From Eledone cirrhosa (lineage: Eukaryota): a stretch of 64,000 bases of DNA. The position numbers were made by a program, and so were the translations under genes. Below, one piece after another: positions 56,649-64,000 of the stretch; the stretch's first letter is position 1, and each line of letters opens with the position of its first letter. The notes under the pieces were generated by a model. The model did no database searches, had not been told where the DNA came from, and saw only the letters and a list, made by a program, of their open reading frames with translations. The stretch spans positions 87,110,001-87,174,000 of the forward strand of contig OZ024743.1 of assembly GCA_964016885.1 (NCBI GenBank), written 5' to 3'.

Positions 56649-57971
56649 ATGGTGGCTGCCAACTCGTCTTCGAGTACGGCCACTACTTTATATCCATATA
56701 GGAGAACCCCTACCGATGCGCTGAACGAGTGTGACTTTTTAGTCCAGCCAGCGACTTGAAAACTCTGGTACAAACACTACACTTGTGACAATTATTGACA
56801 CATAGTGCTGGGCCCATGGTACCATGTGACGACAAGTGCAGAGAGATCTCCAGATATAAAGTAATGCCTGTGCCGTGAAGCTTTTATAGTGAGCAAAGGC
56901 ACTGCACAAAGCCAGTCCCACTCTCTTAACGAAGATGGTATTTACCAAAAAGAAGAACAAGTCAACATCATTGGATACCATCAGGGTTGCAGGTGTTATA
57001 TCAGAGTTTTCCTTCTCCTAGAATTCTGCTTTGACAAAGGCTAAGGGGTCATCTCTCCCGGTGATTTTGGATGGCCATTGACTCTTAAGAGCTCCTTTGC
57101 CTTTTGACAGGTTTTGTTTATAGTCCTTCAGGATGTCCAAAGTCACCCTCCTCACCAAGAAACCTTGGTGGGGTTGCCAGTTTAGTCGCCAACGACTCGA
57201 CCATGAGACAGGCTGTACTGGGATACATGTTACCAGTAGCACCAACTGGTGACCTGACATAAATACATACATACATACATACATACATACATACATACAT
57301 ACATACATACATACATACATACATGCATACATACACATGCATGCATCCATACATACCATACATGGTGGCTGCCAACTCGTTTTCGAGTACGGCCACTACT
57401 TTATATCCATGTAGGAGAACCCCTACTGATGCGCTGAACGAGTGTGACTTTTTAGTCCAGCCAGCGACTTGAAAACTCTGGTACAAACACTACACTTGTG
57501 ACAATTATTGACACATAGTGCAGGGCCCATGGTACCATGTGACGACAAGTGCAGAGAGATCTCCAGATATAAAGTAATGCCTGTGCCGTGAAGCTTTTAT
57601 AGTGAGCAAAGGCACTGCACAAAGCCAGACCCACTCTCTTAACCAAGATGATATTTACCAAAAAGAAGAACAAGTCAACATCATTGGATACCATCAGGGT
57701 TGCAGGTGTTATATCAGAGTTTTCCTTCTCCTAGAATTCTGCCTTGACAAAGGCTAAGGGGTCATCTCTCCCGGTGATTTTGGATGGTCATTGACTCCTA
57801 AGAGCTCTTTTGCCCTTTGACAGGTTTTGTTTTTGGTCCTGCAGGATGTCCAAAGTCACCCTCCTCACCAAGAAACCTTGGTGGGGTTGCCAGTTTAGTC
57901 GCCAACGACCCGACTATGGGACAGGTTGTACTGTAATACATGTTACCAGTAGCACCAACTGGTGACCTGAC
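56649..57971 (-). mobile_element. Two tandem ~600-bp RTE-derived retroposons separated by (ACAT)n
   Basis: Copies at 56649-57258 and 57362-57971. Confidence 0.8.
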
Positions 57972-58551
57972 ATTACAAACATACATATATACATACACAC
58001 ATACATACATAATACATACATACATTGCAAACATACATATATACATACACACATACATTACAAACATACATACATACACACATACATACAAGCATGCATA
58101 CATACACACAAACATACATTCATACACACATACATACATACATACGTACATACATACGTACGTACATACATACATACATACATACATACATACATACATA
58201 CATACATACATACATACATTCATACACACATACATACACACATACATACATACATACATACATACATACATACATACATACATACATACATACATACATA
58301 CATACATACATGCAAACGAGAAACCAATACGACCAATACATTTATTTGTTGTCGGAGAATATCGATCATCATATTAAAATCCGTTCAAATTAGCCGATTT
58401 CGCTGCTATGGTAACCAGATGGAGATATTTATTCTGAGGAGTCATTTAACGTTTACAATCCATTGATGGGTAATTTACGTGGGTTCCACTCTCCCCACTC
58501 CCCTGAAACCGCCAGTTTTAACTATTTAAAATTATACTGCTTCTGTTAAAC

Positions 58552-58869
58552 CAGGGGCGTGCAACAGGCGGCCCGCGGGCCACAACCCGGCCCACCAGAC
58601 CAGTCAAAGTGGCCCGCGATGACCGTTTTTAATTTTTACCTTGTAGGCTTATTTAGAATTTTTTCGTAACCGTAATACAATTTTCTGTTAGTTGACCTCT
58701 ACTAAAGGGCTTCACTGATAGGGTTATGTGTGTTATAATTCCCCAGTCCCATGTTATGGAAAGAAGTTCTGGGGGATCTTTGGAATATTGCTTAATAAAT
58801 ATTAATGGCCCTAATAGTTGTTCCAATGTTCAAAAGTGGCCCCCCAATGGAATATGTTGCACACCCCTG
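58552..58869. mobile_element. hAT-type MITE
   Basis: TIRs CAGGGGCGTGCAAC / GTTGCACACCCCTG. 8-bp TSD TGTTAAAC / TCTTAAAC (7/8 match). Confidence 0.8.
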
Positions 58870-58909
58870 TCTTAAACTGTTCGTAGTTAAATAAGATCTT
58901 CCACTACAT

Positions 58910-59733
58910 CAGAGGTGCTCAAACTTTTTGGACCACCACCCACTTACGGCCACATAATACCCTCACCACCCCACTCACGGCCACATAATACACTCACCAC
59001 CCCACTCATGGCCACATAATACCCTCACCACCCCACTCACGGCCACATAATACCCTCACCACCCCACTCACGGCCACATAATACCCTCACCACCCCAATC
59101 ACGGCCACATAATACCCTCACCACACCACTCACAGCCACATAATACCCTCACCACCCCACTCACGGCCACATAATACCCTCACCACCCCACTCACGGCCA
59201 CATAATACCCTCACCACCCCACTCACGGCCACATAATACCCTCACCACCCCACACACGGCCATATAATACCCTCACCACCCCACTCACGGCCACATAATA
59301 CCCTCAGCACCCCACTCACGGCCACATAATACCCTCACCACCCCACTCACGGCCACATAATACCCTCAGCGCCCCCAACCCTATTTCCAGAGACTTGCCT
59401 ACACGCAAATTGTAAATAATATATAATTGTTTCTACTTTAGGCACAAGGCCAGCAATTAATCAGTACATTACTCGTACTTTATTTTATCGACCCCGTAAG
59501 GATGAAAGGCAAAGTTAACCTCGGCGGGATTTGAACTCATATAATAATAATATAATATATACTATGTATAGATAAATATTATATATTTTTTATTTTACTA
59601 TATTTATATATAATATATATCATTTGATATTTAGTATACTATTATATTCTCTCCACCACCCCTTTAGGCCCCAGTGCCTCCTGGACCTTCTCAGCGCTCC
59701 CCGTGGTGGTAGCACCCATTTTGAGAATCTCTG
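58910..59733. mobile_element. hAT-type MITE containing a minisatellite and a SINE fragment
   Basis: Imperfect TIRs CAGAGGTGCTCAAA / TTTGAGAATCTCTG. Perfect 8-bp TSD CACTACAT at 58902-58909 and 59734-59741. Confidence 0.8.
58935..59370. repeat. 31-bp minisatellite (CACGGCCACATAATACCCTCACCACCCCACT) x ~14
   Basis: Direct reading; no unique spacers. Confidence 0.95.
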
Positions 59734-59877
59734 CACTACATGAAGGCTACAAAAAGATTCAAGAGAAACATTTAGCTTCTTTATAGTTCTCCTTGCTCTA
59801 AATAGTTTTTCATATTTTTGCTTCTTTTGCCTCCATTTTATACTGCTATTTCTTTTCTTTTGACTCGGTGTGCGCAT

Positions 59878-59912
<35 letters not shown>

Positions 59913-59943
59913 CTCTTCCTCTCTCTCTCTCTTTTCTCTCTCT

Positions 59944-59984
<41 letters not shown>

Positions 59985-60334
59985 TTTGTTTCTTATTTAT
60001 TAGGGGTATTAGATAACCCTTCTAGTGTGCCATGGCTTACTAGCTCTACACGGACGTTAAATTGATCAAATAAATAAATAAATAAATAAACAAATGAATA
60101 AATATCTAAAAACCTCCCATCATAATGTTATGTAAGAGCTTCGTTAATTAGACACAATTTAATAAATGAGTAACTACAGGAATGAATGACTATAAAACAA
60201 TTAGAAGAACACTACAAATATTTAAAAACGGAAACGGAAGGAAAGGGCAAGGGAACCAGGGCCACAGCAGAATGGGAGAGGGTAGGGGGGAGGTGATGGG
60301 CTCTGGGTCGAGGGCGCGGCAGTGTTGGGGCTAT

Positions 60335-60510
60335 GTCCCGCGGACAAGACCGCAAAAGCATTTCCGCAGACAATGACCAGTGACATCCGCTGCAACAGCT
60401 ACTCCACCTCGAGGGGCTCCTTCCTCAGGCGGGCTGCTGACGTTCCGATCTTGCGGAGAAGCTCAGTAGTACGGGGTCCGAGGACGCCTGAGGTCTCGAC
60501 GGCGACCTGT
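60335..60510 (-). pseudogene. Diverged CRE-clade RLE fragment
   Basis: Minus-strand AVETSGVLGP...EPLEVE*LLQRMSLVIVCGN. Confidence 0.65.
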
Positions 60511-61044
60511 TCGAAGAGGAGATTTAGGCACAAGGCCAACAATTTGGGCGAGGGGGAAAGTCGATTAAATCTACCCCTGTAACATACTGATACTGTATTT
60601 TATTGACCCCCAGAAGACTGAAAGGAAAAGGTGATCGAAATATATCTCACAAAGCATGTTCTCCGGCGCTCTACCGATTCTGCAAATCCACCGCCTTTCA
60701 TCAGCTAAATAAAAACATTAGTAATTTTACAAAAATTCCTCCAAAATCTTGATTATTTTCAAAATCAATTGAAACAGACAATATATTTCATTAAAAATAT
60801 GGTAACGAAAGGGTTATTATACGAAATTGGCAGAGTCGTTAGAACCTCGGTATTTATTTTGGTTCACTGCACACTGAGTTCAAATCACGTTGAGGCCAAC
60901 GTGCCTTTAATAAGGTCAGTGTCGATAAATTGAGTACCAGTTCGGGGGTGGTAGATTGGCGGAATTTAAAAAAAAGAATTGGCCAGAATGAAAGGAAATA
61001 TTGACAAATTGAAACGAAAAAGAAGAGCAAAAACATTATATATA

Positions 61045-61921
61045 ATAATTGTTTCTACTTTTGGCACAAGGCAAGCAAATACCCAGTGTATTACTGGTAC
61101 TATATTTTATCGACCCCGTAAGGATGAAAGTCAAAGTTAACCTCGGTGGGATTTGAACTCAGACCATAAAGGGCCGTAACTCTTTGCTGCAAAGCATGGC
61201 GCCCGACCCTCTACCGATACTGCCAATCCACTGCCGTATTATATAATAATGGCTTCTCATATAGGCACAAGGCCAACACATTTTTGGGGAGGGGAAAGTC
61301 GATTAAATCGACCCCAGTGCATTACTGATACTTTATTTTATCGACACCGTAAGGATGAAAGGAAAAGTTAACCTCAACGGAATTTAAACTCAGAACGTAA
61401 AAGGCCGTAACTCTATGCTGCGAAGCATGTTGGTCAGCGCTCTACTGCCAATAATAATGGTTTCTTATATAAGCACAAGGCTAGCAATTTGGGGGGAGGG
61501 GAAAGTCGATTAAATTGACCCCAGTGCATTACTGGTACTTCATTTTATCGACCCCATAAGGGTGAAAAACAAAGCTAAACTCAACGGGTTTTGAACTCAG
61601 AACGTAAAGGGCCATAACTCTATGCTGCAAAGCATCGTGTCTGACGCTCTACCGATACTGCCAATAATAATTGTTTCTAATTATCCCAGTGCATTACTGG
61701 TACTTTATTTTATCGACCCCGCAAGGATGAAAGGCAAAGTTAACCTTGGCTGGCGGAATTTGAACTCAGATCGTAAAGGCCCGTAACTCTATGCTGCAAA
61801 GCATGGTGTCTGACGCTCTACCGGTACTGCCAATCCACCGCTCTTAATAATAATAATGGTTCCTGATTTAGGCACAAGGCTAGCAATTTGGGGGGAGGGG
61901 AAAGTCGATTAAATCGACCCC
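61045..61921 (-). mobile_element. Head-to-tail array of four SINEs plus a 3' fragment
   Basis: Copies at ~61045-61236, 61244-61452, 61452-61665, 61665-61841 and 61852-61921, joined through ATT tails. Confidence 0.85.
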
Positions 61922-62177
61922 AAATAATAATAATAAAACTAATAACAAATAAATAAAAATAATCATAATTAACTGTCCAAAACAATTAAGAATTTTTGGT
62001 AGTGCTGCTGTTGTTGTTGTTGTTGTTAGTGTTGGTGGTGGTGGTGTAGAAGTTGGAGCAGTTGTAGGTCCAGTTTCAGACAACTATATTCTTCTTTAGT
62101 AGTCAAAACGTCTGTTAGAATGTTTTGAGGCATTTCGGCTCTCTCTGCTCTGAATTCAAATCCCAGCAATTTCAACT

Positions 62178-62370
62178 CTTCTTCTTCTTCTTCTTCGTCT
62201 TCTTCTTCTTCTTCTTCTTCTTCTTCTTCTTCTTCTTCTTCTTTTTTTTCTTCTTCTTCTTCTTCTTCTTCTTCTTCTTCTTCTTCTTCTTCTTCTTCTT
62301 CTTCTTCTTCTTCTTCTTCTTCTTCTTCTTCTTCTTCTTCTTCTTCTTCTTCTTCTTCTTCTTCTTCTTC
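62178..62370. repeat. (TTC)n microsatellite
   Basis: Direct reading. Confidence 0.95.
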
Positions 62371-62785
62371 CTGAGAAGATCGTGTGTGCAGAGTCCTCAA
62401 ACGTTCCTTCTAACAGGTCCTGTCAGAAACAACCACCACCAACTCATCCGGTTGGATCCATGGGTCTCCTGTCGGTTGCTTTTTGTCCATATGCAGGCCG
62501 TCTCGTGCCGTGGTCCCAGCAAAGAGAAAGGAGAAAATGTTGCCCCGGTGGATGGCGAAGGAGACATGTTAGAATAGCCATTTCAACTCACGACGGGTCT
62601 TACTCCTGCAGGTGGCCAATTCCAATTCGATAGTAGTGGGTAGGGATGTGGTCCGGGAGCCAAGACGCTGGAGTTTCCACTGCTACACATTCGAACACAA
62701 ACCTGTGGGAGAGTGAACGATATTCCGATAAGTTTGCCCTCTTCTTTTATATTTCTGTTTTCCATCTTATTGTTCTACTTTCAAC

Positions 62786-63135
62786 GTGACCATCTTCCCG
62801 TTCCGTGATAGTAAACCTCTCATCTGGGATGCCACATGCAGCGATACTTTCTCCAGCGGCAACTTGGTGCAGTCTGCGACTAACCCAGGCACGGCTGCAC
62901 TTCAAATACCGGTCGCTCTCCGACGTTTTGCGGTCGAGCCCATAGCAGTGGAGTCTTCTGGTGTCCTTGGTGCCCTAGGACCACCTCCCTACCCACCACC
63001 ATCGGCAAAGAGCTGGCTCCCCACATGTGTGAGCCTCGTGAACTGAAATGGCTCTTCCAATGCGTCTCCCTCACCATTCTTCTGTATTCTGTCCACCGGG
63101 ACGGTGGGGTGGCCAATGCGTGGGCTCCCATTTGC
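62786..63135 (+). pseudogene. CRE-clade RLE 3' fragment
   Basis: Translation TIFPFRDSKPLIWDATCSDTF...AVEPIAVESSGVLG. Confidence 0.75.
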
Positions 63136-63489
63136 ATATAACAGTGAGACATGGGGAGAGCAAGAGAGATGGAGGCTGTGAGTGAAAGAGCGAGAACATC
63201 AACGTACACACTTGATAAGCCAAATATACATTACTAGGAATGGATATGAGTGAAATTGAATATTGAAAGTAACTTTTGACATTTGAATATTTTAACACTT
63301 ACTTTCAACTGTGCAGTTACATAAGTTGAGAGAGAGGGGGATAGAAGAGAGTATATAATGAGGGAGGGGGAGAGAGGTACTATTAAATGTTTTCACTTTC
63401 TTACTAATCATGTTTATGGAAGTAAATCTAATCAACATGCCACCGCCATAAATGTAACTTAAGGGTAGTTCACCTCGTGGTCCTGGCCA

Positions 63490-64000
63490 ACAGAATGTAG
63501 AAGACATTGTCCTGGAGGATGGCGGGGAGAGACGCGCTTGAACAGCTACTCCACCTCGCGGGGCTCGCACCTGCGGACACCCAACTCCGCTCCGATATCA
63601 GTGAACAGGCATGTGGTCTGGGGGACAAGGACGCCAGAAGTCTCCACTGCCACAGGTTCAACCACGAACCTATCAGAAAGCAGTCGATATTTTGACAGTT
63701 TGCATTCTTCAGATTGGTCGGCAGCAAGGCCGAGGGTGGTAGTCGAACGCTGGAGAAGGTATCACAATAAGTAGCATCCCAAATGAAGGGCCTACCCCCG
63801 TGGAACGGGTAGATTATCATGCCGTCAGGCCTTTTGCTATCCCCTGGTTCGAGCTGGGAAGGGAAGCCTGCGGTGTCCAGGCCATGTTTTATGATCTCGT
63901 TGAGAGCAGCATGGCGTGGGAGGCGGCCAGCACTATAACCACATGGTAGTGGGTGGTGACCGAAAGAATCCACAACGGAACTGCAGCAGCACTTGTGAGG
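63490..64000 (-). pseudogene. CRE-clade zinc-knuckle/RLE fragment
   Basis: Translation DSFGHHPLPC...RHAALNEII...EP..KRPDG...PF..WDAT. Confidence 0.8.

Noticed and set aside
58935-59370. CRISPR array
   Set aside because: The 31-bp units abut with no unique spacers, there are no cas genes, and the context is eukaryotic.

Overview
Repeat-saturated, AT-rich eukaryotic DNA with no recognisable host protein-coding gene. The SINE family and the microsatellite load suggest an octopus-like cephalopod (inference). Most ORFs in the supplied track are microsatellite artefacts. Real coding remnants come from Penelope-like elements (PLEs; RT plus GIY-YIG), an R4/Dong-type restriction-like-endonuclease (RLE) retrotransposon array nested in (TACA)n, and CRE-, RTE- and Tx1/L1-type fragments. 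There are also tRNA-derived SINEs, two hAT MITEs and a non-autonomous Helitron. The main signal is a set of hammerhead-ribozyme (HHR) elements inserted in (TA)n. The clearest is an apparently identical 310-bp tandem array (35369-37979) with one minimal type I HHR per unit, consistent with a retrozyme copied from a circular RNA. About ten further unrelated HHR-bearing or PLE inserts occur, and most form head-to-head palindromes with the ribozyme sense pointing outward on both arms. All folds and alignments were done by eye.
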